A stretch of 64,000 nt of DNA from Pseudonocardiales bacterium (GTDB lineage Bacteria; Actinomycetota; Actinomycetes; Mycobacteriales; Pseudonocardiaceae): assembly GCA_019241525.1 (NCBI GenBank), contig JAFAWY010000118.1:47-64046 (forward strand), in the 5' to 3' direction. Position numbers and translations under genes: made by a program. This document shows positions 20,215 through 29,096 of the stretch, one piece after another; position 1 is the stretch's first letter, and the number at the start of each line of letters is the position of its first letter. The notes below the pieces were generated by a model, which ran no database searches, was not told where the DNA came from, and saw only the letters and a program-made list of their open reading frames with translations.

Positions 20215-20940
20215 ATGGCGTCTCCCCGGCTTCCCGCGACATTGCGGCACCTGGTGGACCTCACCCGCGAGACGCTTCCCCCAATGCACTCTGCTGGCCG
20301 GCCATTCGTGGCCGCCGGGGCGGCCACCGCATTGCTGCTAGGCCGGTTGTCTCCGGCCGCTGGCGCGCTGGGTGCTGTGGCGACCGCCTGCTGCGCCGCA
20401 TTCTTCCGCGATCCACGCCGGGTGCCGCCACCTGACCTGGGGCTCGCGGTGGCGCCCGCAGACGGCACGGTGAGCAGCGTGGCGCTTGCCTCGCCGCCGG
20501 CGGAGCTGGGGCTGCCCAACCAGCCACGCCCGCGGGTCAGCGTGTTCCTGTCGGTCTTTGATGCACACGTGCAGCGGATCCCCGTAGATGGTGACGTGCG
20601 GCGAGTCATTTACCGCCCAGGCAAGTTCCTCACCGCCGACCTGGACAAGGCCAGCGACGACAACGAGCGCGCCTGCGTGCTGCTGCGCTCGGCAGACGGT
20701 CACGACCTGGTCGTGGTGCAGATCGCGGGGCTGGTGGCCCGGCGGATTGTCTGCTCGGTCCGGCCCGGGGACAGGGTGCAGGCAGGCGCCACCTACGGTT
20801 TGATCCGCTTCGGATCCCGGGTCGACCTCTACCTCCCGCCGGGTAGCTTGATCCTCGTCCATCCCGGGCAGCGCACCGTGGGCGGGGAAACCCCGCTGGC
20901 CCGCTTGCCCTCCGTCGAATCTCCCGTCCCGGAAAGCTAG
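20215..20940 (+). CDS. psd: phosphatidylserine decarboxylase proenzyme
   Basis: ..FFRDPRRVPP..ADGTV..VSVFLSVFDAHVQRIPVDG.. and a FGSRVD self-cleavage-type motif. ATG 20215 gives 241 aa; the track's 87-aa N-terminal extension is non-conserved. Confidence 0.92.
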   Translation: MASPRLPATLRHLVDLTRETLPPMHSAGRPFVAAGAATALLLGRLSPAAGALGAVATACCAAFFRDPRRVPPPDLGLAVAPADGTVSSVALASPPAELGLPNQPRPRVSVFLSVFDAHVQRIPVDGDVRRVIYRPGKFLTADLDKASDDNERACVLLRSADGHDLVVVQIAGLVARRIVCSVRPGDRVQAGATYGLIRFGSRVDLYLPPGSLILVHPGQRTVGGETPLARLPSVESPVPES

Positions 20941-20943
20941 CCC

Positions 20944-21900
20944 GTGCCCAACGCCGGCGCCGGGATCCGCCTGCTGCCCAACGCGATCACCGTGCTGGCG
21001 CTGTGCTCGGGCCTGTCTGCGCTGAAGTTCGCCCTGGACGGTAACTTCACCGGTGCGCTCGCCGCGATCGGGTTGGCGGCGTTGCTGGACGCGCTGGATG
21101 GCCGGCTGGCCCGGCTGCTTGATGCCACCTCCCGGATTGGTGCCGAGCTCGACTCGCTGGCCGACTCTGTCTCCTTCGGCGTGGCGCCGGCGGTGATCCT
21201 GTTCGTCTGGTCACTGCACGGCCTGCGCGTGGGCTGGCCGGTGGCGTTGGTGTTCACCGTCTGCGCGGTGCTGCGGTTGGCCCGGTTCAACACCTTGCTC
21301 GACGACACCGAGGCGCTGCCGTTCGCCAAGGAGTTCTTCGTCGGGATCCCTTCGCCGGCCGGTGCTCTGCTGGCGCTGTTGCCGCTGACGGTGTTCCTCC
21401 ACCTGGGCGCAGGATGGTGGTCGTCGCCGTGGGTGGTGGCAGGCTGGACGATTGCGGTGGCCTTGGCGATGGTCAGCCGGTTGCCCACCCTGTCGCTGAA
21501 GGCGGTGCAGGTCCCCCCACGGGCGGTGGCACCGCTGCTTGTGGTGATCGCTGGCCTAGCCGCCGCAGTGATCACGTTCCCGTACGCGTCGCTGGCCGCG
21601 GCGATGCTGCTGTACCTGGTGCACGTGCCGTACGCGAGCTACCGCTACCAGTGGCTGGCGCGGCATCCCTCGGCCTGGGACGTCCCACCCCGCCAGCGCC
21701 GGGTGATTCGCCGCACCGCGCGCAGCATGCGCCGCCTTGGATTGCGCCCACCACTGCGCCGGCGAGTAGCGGGGGCCGCGGCGGGAGCAGCAGCTCGAGC
21801 CGGTGCTGTGGTACGCCGCCGCCGCGGCCCGGAGGTCAACGGCCTGGTGAAGGGCGAAAGCGGCCGGCCTCGCCGCATCGGCCTGCGCCGCCACCCCTGA
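20944..21900 (+). CDS. pssA: CDP-diacylglycerol--serine O-phosphatidyltransferase
   Basis: CDP-alcohol phosphatidyltransferase motif LLDALDGRLARLLDATSRIGAELDSLADSVSFG. Follows psd, as in mycobacteria. Confidence 0.92.
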   Translation: MPNAGAGIRLLPNAITVLALCSGLSALKFALDGNFTGALAAIGLAALLDALDGRLARLLDATSRIGAELDSLADSVSFGVAPAVILFVWSLHGLRVGWPVALVFTVCAVLRLARFNTLLDDTEALPFAKEFFVGIPSPAGALLALLPLTVFLHLGAGWWSSPWVVAGWTIAVALAMVSRLPTLSLKAVQVPPRAVAPLLVVIAGLAAAVITFPYASLAAAMLLYLVHVPYASYRYQWLARHPSAWDVPPRQRRVIRRTARSMRRLGLRPPLRRRVAGAAAGAAARAGAVVRRRRGPEVNGLVKGESGRPRRIGLRRHP

Positions 21901-21962
21901 CCCGCGTGTCGCGCCCCGGTGCCGGGCGTGTCGCTCCCTCGTGCCCGCTGTGTCGCGCCAGC
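21901..21962 (+). repeat. 22-bp tandem repeat array, family member 2 (3 diverged units)
   Basis: CCCGCGTGTCGCGCC / CCGGGCGTGTCGCTCC / CCCGCTGTGTCGCGCC at 21-22 bp spacing, starting at the first base after the pssA TGA. Confidence 0.85.
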
Positions 21963-22160
21963 TGGTGCACCAAGAAATCGTGAAACCGCTCGCGAACGAG
22001 CCAGAGGCATACAAATACCCCGGAAACCGGGCGCGCGGAAGCGCGGTGTTTACATTGCGACCGTTTGGCAACGTGGCGGTTTTCTCGATGCAACGAAACG
22101 GAAATAGTCGCCCTCTGTACTGAGTACGGCACTCACGGAATCGCGAAGGGATAGGCAGGC

Positions 22161-23516
22161 ATGACCCTGCGCGTCAAAGTTGCGCCACAAGTCGGAGACG
22201 ACCTCGAAGGAATACACAGCCCAGTGGTGATTGTGGGCGGCGGGCAAGCCGGCCTGTCCATGAGCTACTGCCTCTCCCAACGGAACGTCGAACACATAGT
22301 ACTCGAACGCAACCGAATAGCGTATGAGTGGCGCGACCGGCGATGGGACTCATTTTGTCTGGTCACCCCGAATTGGCAATGCCAGCTGCCCGACTTTCCT
22401 TACCCCGGTGACGATCCTGACGGTTTCATGGTGCGCGATGAGGTCGTGCGTTATATCGAAGCCTACGCCCAATTCTTCAACCCGCCTATCATCGAAGGTG
22501 TTTCGGCCACCCGGCTGCGCCGCGATCGCAAGGGCCGGTACCTGGTCGGCACAAGCCGTGGTGAACTGATAGCCGACCAAGTGGTGATGGCCACCGGGCC
22601 CTACCAGGTGCCTTTGATCCCGCGGTTGACCGAGCGACTGCCCGACGAGCTGACCCAGTTGCACTCGTCGCAATACCGCAACCCCGACCAGCTGCCACCC
22701 GGCGCCGTCATGGTGGTCGGTACCGGCCAATCCGGTTGCCAGATCGCCGAGGACCTGCACCTGGCCGGCCGCCAGGTCCATCTCGCAGTCGGCAGCGCTC
22801 CCCGAGTCGCCCGGTTCTACCGCGGACGCGACGTCGTGGCGTGGCTGGACGCCGTGGGCTACTACCGCAAGGCGGTCAACGAGTTTGCCGATGCCGACAC
22901 GGTGCGATTTCGGGTCAACCACTACGTCACTGGCCGCGACGGCGGTCGTGACATCGATCTTCGCGCGTTCGCTCGCGAAGGCATGCGGCTGTACGGGCGG
23001 CTTACCGGAGCGACTGGCACCACGTTGCGGTTTGCCCAGGACCTTCGGCGAAACCTCGATCACGCCGACGCAGTCTCGGAAAGCATCAAGGATTCGATTG
23101 ACCGGTACATCGAGTCGCACGGCATCGACGCCCCGACCGAGCCGCGGTACACGCCGGTATGGGTACCCGACCACAAACGCACCGAGGTGGAGATCCGCAA
23201 CGCCGGGATCACTTCGGTGATCTGGAGCACCGGATTCGGCCGTGACGACCGGTGGATCGAAGTCCCGGTCTTCGACGGCCGCGGTTACCCCACGCACGAT
23301 CGGGGCGTCACTTCCAGCCCCGGCCTGTATTTCCTCGGGTTGCCGTGGCAGCACACCTGGGGATCGGGCCGGTTGTCCGGGGTGGCTGACGATGCCGCGT
23401 ATCTGGCCGAGCGCATCACCACTGGCCCCGACCACGTGTTCCGCTGGATCGCAGGCACGCCGAACAGCACCTTCCCCCGGGACGATGAGTGGGTCGCCCC
23501 CCGGACGGTGGCGTGA
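22161..23516 (+). CDS. flavin-dependent monooxygenase/oxidoreductase (Nit1C-cluster, MSMEG_0569-like)
   Basis: Two dinucleotide-binding motifs (VVIVGGGQAGLS; VMVVGTGQSGCQIAEDL); 451 aa; first gene of the cluster. Confidence 0.85.
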   Translation: MTLRVKVAPQVGDDLEGIHSPVVIVGGGQAGLSMSYCLSQRNVEHIVLERNRIAYEWRDRRWDSFCLVTPNWQCQLPDFPYPGDDPDGFMVRDEVVRYIEAYAQFFNPPIIEGVSATRLRRDRKGRYLVGTSRGELIADQVVMATGPYQVPLIPRLTERLPDELTQLHSSQYRNPDQLPPGAVMVVGTGQSGCQIAEDLHLAGRQVHLAVGSAPRVARFYRGRDVVAWLDAVGYYRKAVNEFADADTVRFRVNHYVTGRDGGRDIDLRAFAREGMRLYGRLTGATGTTLRFAQDLRRNLDHADAVSESIKDSIDRYIESHGIDAPTEPRYTPVWVPDHKRTEVEIRNAGITSVIWSTGFGRDDRWIEVPVFDGRGYPTHDRGVTSSPGLYFLGLPWQHTWGSGRLSGVADDAAYLAERITTGPDHVFRWIAGTPNSTFPRDDEWVAPRTVA

Positions 23517-23521
23517 GCGCC

Positions 23522-24343
23522 ATGCCCGAGATCTGCGACGCGCACCGGCATCTGGGAGTCATGCCCGCCTTCCCTTTCTACGGCGGCCCCCCGGTCAGAC
23601 CCGACACGACCGCCAGAGCCACCATTGCCGAGCTGATCTCAGATCTCGACGACGAAGGCACGGAACGAGCGCTGGTGCTGCCCAATTACGGCGTGCCAGA
23701 CCCAGATATCGCATTCTCGTTCAACGAACTGGTCGTCGAGGCGGCCCAGACCGATGACCGGATCCGCGCCGCACTGTGGGTATCGCCCAAGCCCGCCGAC
23801 GCCCAGCGGACCACGAAGGCGCTCGCGCTCGCCGGTGAAACCGGAGTCCGGGCCCTGAAGCTGAGCTTCCTACTCGGTGGCAAAGTCAGCGACCCGGAGT
23901 GCACCCCGCAACTCGATCGGATTTTTGACACGGCCCGGCAACACGATCTCGTGGTGCACGTCCACACGTCTCCCGGGGGCAGCTCGGACATCGACGAGAT
24001 CAGCAAGCTCGTCGAGACCTACGGCGACACCGTGGCGATCCACCTCGTGCATTTCGGCGGAGGGATCAGCGGGCATATCAAGCTGGCCGGTGGCCGATTC
24101 TTCGATTGGATAGCCGCTGGTAAACGTGTCTACACCGATCTGTCCTGGTCAGTGGGATTCACCCCGAAGTGGCTGACACATGAAATCGAACGGCGCGGAT
24201 TAGGTCATGACCGAGTCCTGTTCGCCAGTGATCAGCCTTGGGGAGACTTTGCCGGTGAGCTGGCGAAGCTGCGGGAAGCCACCGGCGACGGTGCGCTGAC
24301 CAATCGGGTGTTCCACGACACCTTCGAAAAACTGTACGGATAA
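23522..24343 (+). CDS. amidohydrolase-2 family metal-dependent hydrolase
   Basis: N-terminal CDAHRHLG (HxH) motif plus ..VHVHTS.. and ..LFASDQPW.. motifs. ATG 23522, or GTG 23513 overlapping the upstream TGA. Confidence 0.75.
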   Translation: MPEICDAHRHLGVMPAFPFYGGPPVRPDTTARATIAELISDLDDEGTERALVLPNYGVPDPDIAFSFNELVVEAAQTDDRIRAALWVSPKPADAQRTTKALALAGETGVRALKLSFLLGGKVSDPECTPQLDRIFDTARQHDLVVHVHTSPGGSSDIDEISKLVETYGDTVAIHLVHFGGGISGHIKLAGGRFFDWIAAGKRVYTDLSWSVGFTPKWLTHEIERRGLGHDRVLFASDQPWGDFAGELAKLREATGDGALTNRVFHDTFEKLYG

Positions 24344-24368
24344 GTTTCACTGATGAGGAGGACGTCAC

Positions 24369-24881
24369 ATGTCCGAGCTGACTGACATCGAGAAACAGAG
24401 TATGGAAGAGATTCCACACCCGTCGCTGCCGGAAGGGTCGACCATCTATGGCGGCACGAAAGTCTTCCCGGATTACCAGGCCGAAAACGGGGAAACCTAT
24501 TTCACCTTGGTGCACGGGATAGCACACGAATCCTCGGTCAGCTTCGTCGCGATCCTGCAGGCCACCCGCGCGCAGCGCAAGGGATTCGAATCGGCAATCT
24601 ACTTCTACGGCCCGGGTTCGCTGAACTGCCTGGCCACTCGCGGATTTCCGACGACAGGAAACTCCGCTTTCCCGGGCGAGCACAACATCAACGACTCCCT
24701 CAAGACGTTCATGAAGGAAGGCGGCAAGGTGTACTGCTGCCGGTTCGGGCTGTCCCTACACGGCGCCCGCGAAGAAGACCTCATCGAGGGCGTCATCCCG
24801 ACTCACCCGCTCGACGTGCAGGACGCCTTGATCCACTACGCGCGGAAGGGCGCGATCATCAACTCCACCTACATGTTCTAG
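24369..24881 (+). CDS. conserved Nit1C-cluster protein, DsrE/DsrF-like fold suspected (Sll0783/MSMEG_0572-type?)
   Basis: 170-aa ORF with GAGGAGGA SD. The C-terminal part (..GKVYCCRFGLSLHGAREEDLIEGV..) resembles DsrE-family proteins. The family assignment is tentative. Confidence 0.6.
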   Translation: MSELTDIEKQSMEEIPHPSLPEGSTIYGGTKVFPDYQAENGETYFTLVHGIAHESSVSFVAILQATRAQRKGFESAIYFYGPGSLNCLATRGFPTTGNSAFPGEHNINDSLKTFMKEGGKVYCCRFGLSLHGAREEDLIEGVIPTHPLDVQDALIHYARKGAIINSTYMF

Positions 24882-24882
24882 T

Positions 24883-24942
24883 GGCCACGTTCTCGAGCCA
24901 GACGTTCTCGAGCCAGACGTTCTCGAGGCAGACCCTCTAGGG
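24883..24942 (+). repeat. 15-bp tandem repeat (CCAGACGTTCTCGAG), 2 perfect + 2 degenerate units
   Basis: Perfect units at 24898-24912 and 24913-24927, with degenerate flanking units. Fills the spacer between two cluster genes. Confidence 0.9.
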
Positions 24943-24949
24943 AGCAGCC

Positions 24950-26017
24950 GTGCGCGTTGGCGCCGACACCTTCACGACACGCGTGGACATCGCCGTGCGC
25001 GGCGTGCAGATGGACGCGCCGGTACGCCGCCCGGACGGAGCCGGACCCAGCGATGACGGTCACGTACTGGTCGATGGTGCCAACGCCGCGCTGCCCCGGA
25101 ACTCGAACAGCCCTTACCAGCTACGCGACGGCCGGATCTTCCTCGGAGAGCTGGATACCGGGCTGTCATTGCAGCTGGTCAAGCGCCCGCAGTTCTACGA
25201 GCTGGTCACCGCCGACGGGGTGCCTTACGAGAAGATCGCCCGGTTGCACGGCGCCGACGTGCTGGCCACCACCGTGGTGCAGACCTGCATCCGGTACGCC
25301 GAAGACCAGCGCTGCCGATTTTGCACCATCGAGGAGTCCCTACGATCTGGCGCCACTATCGCCGCGAAGACCCCAGCCCAGCTCGCCGAGGTGGCGCAGG
25401 CGGCGGTTGCGTTGGATGGCGTCCGGCAGATGGTGATGACCACGGGCACCACGGCCGGTCCGGATCGCGGTGCTCGCAACCTGGTCCGCTGCGTGCGGGC
25501 GGTGCTCGCCGCGGTCCCCGGGTTGCCTATCCAGGTGCAGGTCGAACCGCCACGCGATCTGAGCGTGCTGACCGAGCTGCACGACGCAGGTGCCACCGCG
25601 ATCGGCATCCACGTCGAGTCACTCGACGACGAGGTACGCAGGCGGTGGATGCCCGGCAAGGGATCCGTCCCGATGGCCGAGTACGAGACGGCCTGGGATG
25701 AGGCGGTACGGGTGTTCGGCAGCAACCGGGTGTCCACCTACCTGCTGGTGGGGCTGGGCGAGGATCCCGACGAGTTGGTGGCCGGCGCCAGCCGGTTGAT
25801 CAACCGCGGGGTGTACCCGTTCGTGGTGCCGCTGCGCCCGATGGCCGGCACGCTGGCCCGCCGTGACGGTGTCGGTGCACCACCGATCGAGCTGGTCCGG
25901 TACGTCACCGAACGGGTCGCCGCCCTGCTCCGGGACGCCGGAATGATCGGCGCTGATCAGCAGGCCGGCTGCGCCGCGTGCGGGGCATGCGGTGTGCTCT
26001 CGGCAGCGGGAGCGTGA
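24950..26017 (+). CDS. radical SAM-type protein of the Nit1C cluster (MSMEG_0568-like)
   Basis: Cys triad C113-X8-C122-X2-C125 (QTCIRYAEDQRCRFC), a TIM-barrel-like length, and a C-terminal CAACGAC motif. GTG start after AGGGAG. Confidence 0.75.
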   Translation: MRVGADTFTTRVDIAVRGVQMDAPVRRPDGAGPSDDGHVLVDGANAALPRNSNSPYQLRDGRIFLGELDTGLSLQLVKRPQFYELVTADGVPYEKIARLHGADVLATTVVQTCIRYAEDQRCRFCTIEESLRSGATIAAKTPAQLAEVAQAAVALDGVRQMVMTTGTTAGPDRGARNLVRCVRAVLAAVPGLPIQVQVEPPRDLSVLTELHDAGATAIGIHVESLDDEVRRRWMPGKGSVPMAEYETAWDEAVRVFGSNRVSTYLLVGLGEDPDELVAGASRLINRGVYPFVVPLRPMAGTLARRDGVGAPPIELVRYVTERVAALLRDAGMIGADQQAGCAACGACGVLSAAGA

Positions 26018-26023
26018 GGGCCC

Positions 26024-27424
26024 GTGCTTGCCACCGTGACTTATCGCAGCAGTACCGGTCTTGGAGAGGTGCTGCTGGGCCGCGCCGCGCGCCAACCGGA
26101 GTTTCACGTCGAACCCGCCGCGGACCAGGCCGCCTATCACCAGCTACGTACCCGGGTATTCGTGCAGCAGCAGGGATTATTTTCCGGGTCCGACCGTGAC
26201 AGCCGTGACGACGACCCGCGCACCCTGGTCTTGGTCGCCCGGGATCACACCGGCTGCGTGCTCGGCGGTGTACGGCTCGGCCCGGTGGACGACGGCCCCG
26301 ACCTCGGGTGGTGGTTCGGCGGCCGGCTGGTGGTCGACCCGGACTGCCGGGTCCGCGGTGTGGGCGCGGCCCTGGTCCGGGCCGCCTGCGCGCACGCGGA
26401 AAGCGCCGGGGTGCTGCGTTTCGAAGCGACCGTGCAGGTACGCAACGAGGTGTTCTTCCGGCGACTTGGCTGGACCACGATCCGCCCGGTGACCGTGGTC
26501 GGCGCACCGCATGTGCTGATGCGCTGGCCGGTCGGCCGGATCGCCGCGCTCGTGGCCGCGACCAAGGCCGAGCTGGGTTCGCTGCTATCCGGCCTGGCAC
26601 CTGCTTGCCCGGGTTTTCTCGGTGACGATGGATCACCAGTACCCGGCAGCGACCTGGTCGCTGCCTGCGACGCGATCGTGCCATCCATGGTCGAAAGGGA
26701 CCCGGAATGGGCCGGCTGGTGCTCCGTGCTGGTCAACGTCAACGACCTGGCCGCGATGGGGGCAACGCCGGTCGGTCTGCTCGACGCGCTGGGAGCGCGC
26801 GACCGCTCGTTCGCCAGCCGGGTGTTGACCGGGCTGCGCAGGGCGAGCCAGGCCTACGACGTGCCAATCCTCGGTGGCCACACCCAGTTCGGCGTGCCCG
26901 CCACGCTGTCGGTGACCGCGCTGGGCCGCGCGGCGAATCCCGTCCCCGGCGGGGGTGGCCGCCCGGGCCATCGGCTGCGGCTGGCTGTGGATACCGCGGG
27001 CGGGTGGCGGCCGGGATATGCCGCGTGCCAATGGGATTCGACGTCACGCCGCCGGACACCAGAACTGCGAGCCATGCTGGGCTCGGTCGCCGCTGCCCGC
27101 CCGGCGGCGGCGAAGGACGTCTCGATGGCCGGGGTAGCCGGCACTGCGGGAATGCTGGCCGAGGCCAGCCGATGCCGGGCGGTGCTCGACGTCGCCGCGG
27201 TGCCCAGGCCGGCAACAGCCACCGTCGGCGACTGGTTTACCTGCTTCCCCGGGTTCGGGATGCTGACGGCTGACGAACCGGATCGCCCTCTGTTGCCGGC
27301 ATCTCCGGCGGTCAGCGCGGACTGTGGCGAGTTGGTCGCCGGTCACGGAGTGGCCCTACGCTGGCCGGACGGGGAGTTGACTGAGGTGATCACCGACGCG
27401 GTGACTGGTCTGGGTGCGGCATGA
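26024..27424 (+). CDS. GNAT N-acetyltransferase fused to AIR-synthase-related (PurM/ThiL/HypE-fold) domain
   Basis: N-terminal GNAT core (..GGRLVVDPDCRVRGVGAALVRAACAHAE..). The C-terminal part has ..LVNVNDLAAMGATPVGLLDALG..VPILGGHTQ.. typical of AIRS-like N-domains. Confidence 0.8.
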   Translation: MLATVTYRSSTGLGEVLLGRAARQPEFHVEPAADQAAYHQLRTRVFVQQQGLFSGSDRDSRDDDPRTLVLVARDHTGCVLGGVRLGPVDDGPDLGWWFGGRLVVDPDCRVRGVGAALVRAACAHAESAGVLRFEATVQVRNEVFFRRLGWTTIRPVTVVGAPHVLMRWPVGRIAALVAATKAELGSLLSGLAPACPGFLGDDGSPVPGSDLVAACDAIVPSMVERDPEWAGWCSVLVNVNDLAAMGATPVGLLDALGARDRSFASRVLTGLRRASQAYDVPILGGHTQFGVPATLSVTALGRAANPVPGGGGRPGHRLRLAVDTAGGWRPGYAACQWDSTSRRRTPELRAMLGSVAAARPAAAKDVSMAGVAGTAGMLAEASRCRAVLDVAAVPRPATATVGDWFTCFPGFGMLTADEPDRPLLPASPAVSADCGELVAGHGVALRWPDGELTEVITDAVTGLGAA

Positions 27425-28257
27425 GCCCGCTGCGGATGGCCGCTGCCGCGGCGAACTTCGACCGGGATCTCGAGGCCGACTTCGCCGAGATTGAGCGGCT
27501 TGTCGGTGCCGCGCGTGCCCAGGGGGTGCGCCTGCTCGCCTTACCCGAGGCCGCCTTGGGCGGGTACCTGGCGGACCTGGACGGTGCTGCCGGAACGCCA
27601 CCCGCGTTGACCCCGGACGGCCCGGAAATGCGCAGGCTGGCCACGCTGGCCGGCGACGTGGTTGTCGCGGTCGGCTACTGCGAAGACGGCGGTGGCCAGC
27701 TGTTCAACAGCGCAATCTGCGTGACCGGCGACGGGGTACTGGGGCACCATCGCAAGGTGCACCAGCCGCTGCGCGAGGACGCCAGTTACAGCGCTGGCGA
27801 CCGCTTCGCCGCCTTCGACACGCCCGTGGGCCGGCTCGGCATGATGATCTGCTACGACAAGGCCTTTCCAGAATCGGCACGGGCATTGGCGCTCGACGGG
27901 GCCGAGATCGTGCTGTGCCTGTCGGCCTGGCCGACCAGCCGCACGAATCCTGCGCCGCAGCTGGAGCAGGACCGGTGGAAGCGCCGGTTTGACCTGTTCG
28001 ACCAGGCTCGGGCGCTGGAGAATCAGATCGTGTGGCTGTCGGCCAACCAGTCTGGGCAGTTCGGGTCGCTGCGGTTCGTGGGTAGCGCCAAGGTCGTCGA
28101 CCCCGCGGGGGAGATCCTGGACGATACCGGGGTGTCTGCTGGTCTGGCGGTCGCTGAGCTGGATGTGCAGGAGGCTCTGGACAGGGCCCGCAGGTCGATG
28201 GCCCACTTGCGCGATCGCCGGCCGGAGGCGTACCGGCTTCCCGCCGCTGCGCGGTGA
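27421..28257 (+). CDS. carbon-nitrogen hydrolase (nitrilase superfamily), catalytic residues intact
   Basis: Glu in LLALPEAAL, Lys in HHRKVH, Cys in MMICYDKAFPE. ATGA overlap with the upstream gene. Confidence 0.88.
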   Translation: MSPLRMAAAAANFDRDLEADFAEIERLVGAARAQGVRLLALPEAALGGYLADLDGAAGTPPALTPDGPEMRRLATLAGDVVVAVGYCEDGGGQLFNSAICVTGDGVLGHHRKVHQPLREDASYSAGDRFAAFDTPVGRLGMMICYDKAFPESARALALDGAEIVLCLSAWPTSRTNPAPQLEQDRWKRRFDLFDQARALENQIVWLSANQSGQFGSLRFVGSAKVVDPAGEILDDTGVSAGLAVAELDVQEALDRARRSMAHLRDRRPEAYRLPAAAR

Positions 28258-29096
28258 GCGCGATCCGGATCGGTGCGGTCGCGGCGAAATTCGGCCGCGA
28301 CCTTGACTTCGACCTGCAGCGGATCGCCACGCTGATCGAACATGCCCGCCAATCCGGGGTGGCCCTGCTGGTGCTTCCGGACGCTGCGCTCGGCGGCTAC
28401 CTCGGCGACTTGCACCAGCCTGACCCAGCTGGGTTGCCGCCTGCCTTGGAACTCGACGACCCGCACGTCCTCAAGGTGGCGGGGCTGGCTGCGGAGATGG
28501 TGGTCTGTTTCGGTTTCTGCGAAACCGACGGGAACCGGCGCTTCAACACCGCGGTGTGCGTCCATGACGGCGCCCTGCTGGGCAGCCACCGCAAGGTGCA
28601 CCAGCCAGCCGGAGAGTCGATCGCCTACGCCGCGGGTGAGCGTTTCGGCGCGTTCGACACCCCCGTAGGGCGGCTCGGGATGTTGATCGATTACGACAAG
28701 ACCTTCCCCGAATCGGCCCGGACGTTGGCGCTGGATGGCGCTGAAGTGCTGGCCTGCTTGTCCGCCTGGCCGACCAGCGTCACCAATCGTGCGCCGCGGA
28801 TGGCGCAAGATCGTCAAGCCCGGCTGTTCGATCTCTATGACCAGGCCCGCGCCGCGGAGAACCAGGTCGTGCTGGTGTCGTCCAACCAGACTGGCGCGCA
28901 GGGTCAACTGCGCTTCCTGGGGCAGGCCAAGGTGGTTGGGCCCGGCGGGGACATCCTGGCCCGGACCTGGTCCAAAGCGGGCATCGCCACCGCGGAACTG
29001 GATGTAGCCGGGGAGATTGCCAAGGCGCGCCGGGTCCTGCGGCACCTCGACGAGCGCAAACCCGGCGTCTACCGGATCGGGCTGATACCCGGCTGA
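28254..29096 (+). CDS. carbon-nitrogen hydrolase paralog lacking catalytic Cys and Glu (pseudoenzyme candidate)
   Basis: Alignable with the preceding gene, but LVLPDAAL carries D43 (GAC 28380-28382) and MLIDYDKTFPE carries D146 (GAT 28689-28691). GTGA overlap upstream. Confidence 0.85.
   Translation: MSAIRIGAVAAKFGRDLDFDLQRIATLIEHARQSGVALLVLPDAALGGYLGDLHQPDPAGLPPALELDDPHVLKVAGLAAEMVVCFGFCETDGNRRFNTAVCVHDGALLGSHRKVHQPAGESIAYAAGERFGAFDTPVGRLGMLIDYDKTFPESARTLALDGAEVLACLSAWPTSVTNRAPRMAQDRQARLFDLYDQARAAENQVVLVSSNQTGAQGQLRFLGQAKVVGPGGDILARTWSKAGIATAELDVAGEIAKARRVLRHLDERKPGVYRIGLIPG

Noticed and set aside
22350-23435. 361-aa minus-strand ORF
   Set aside because: It is antisense to the flavin monooxygenase and has no motifs. 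The same reasoning applies to 25619-26140, 25905-26684, 28023-29045, 29108-29866, 42838-43941 and 56286-56891.
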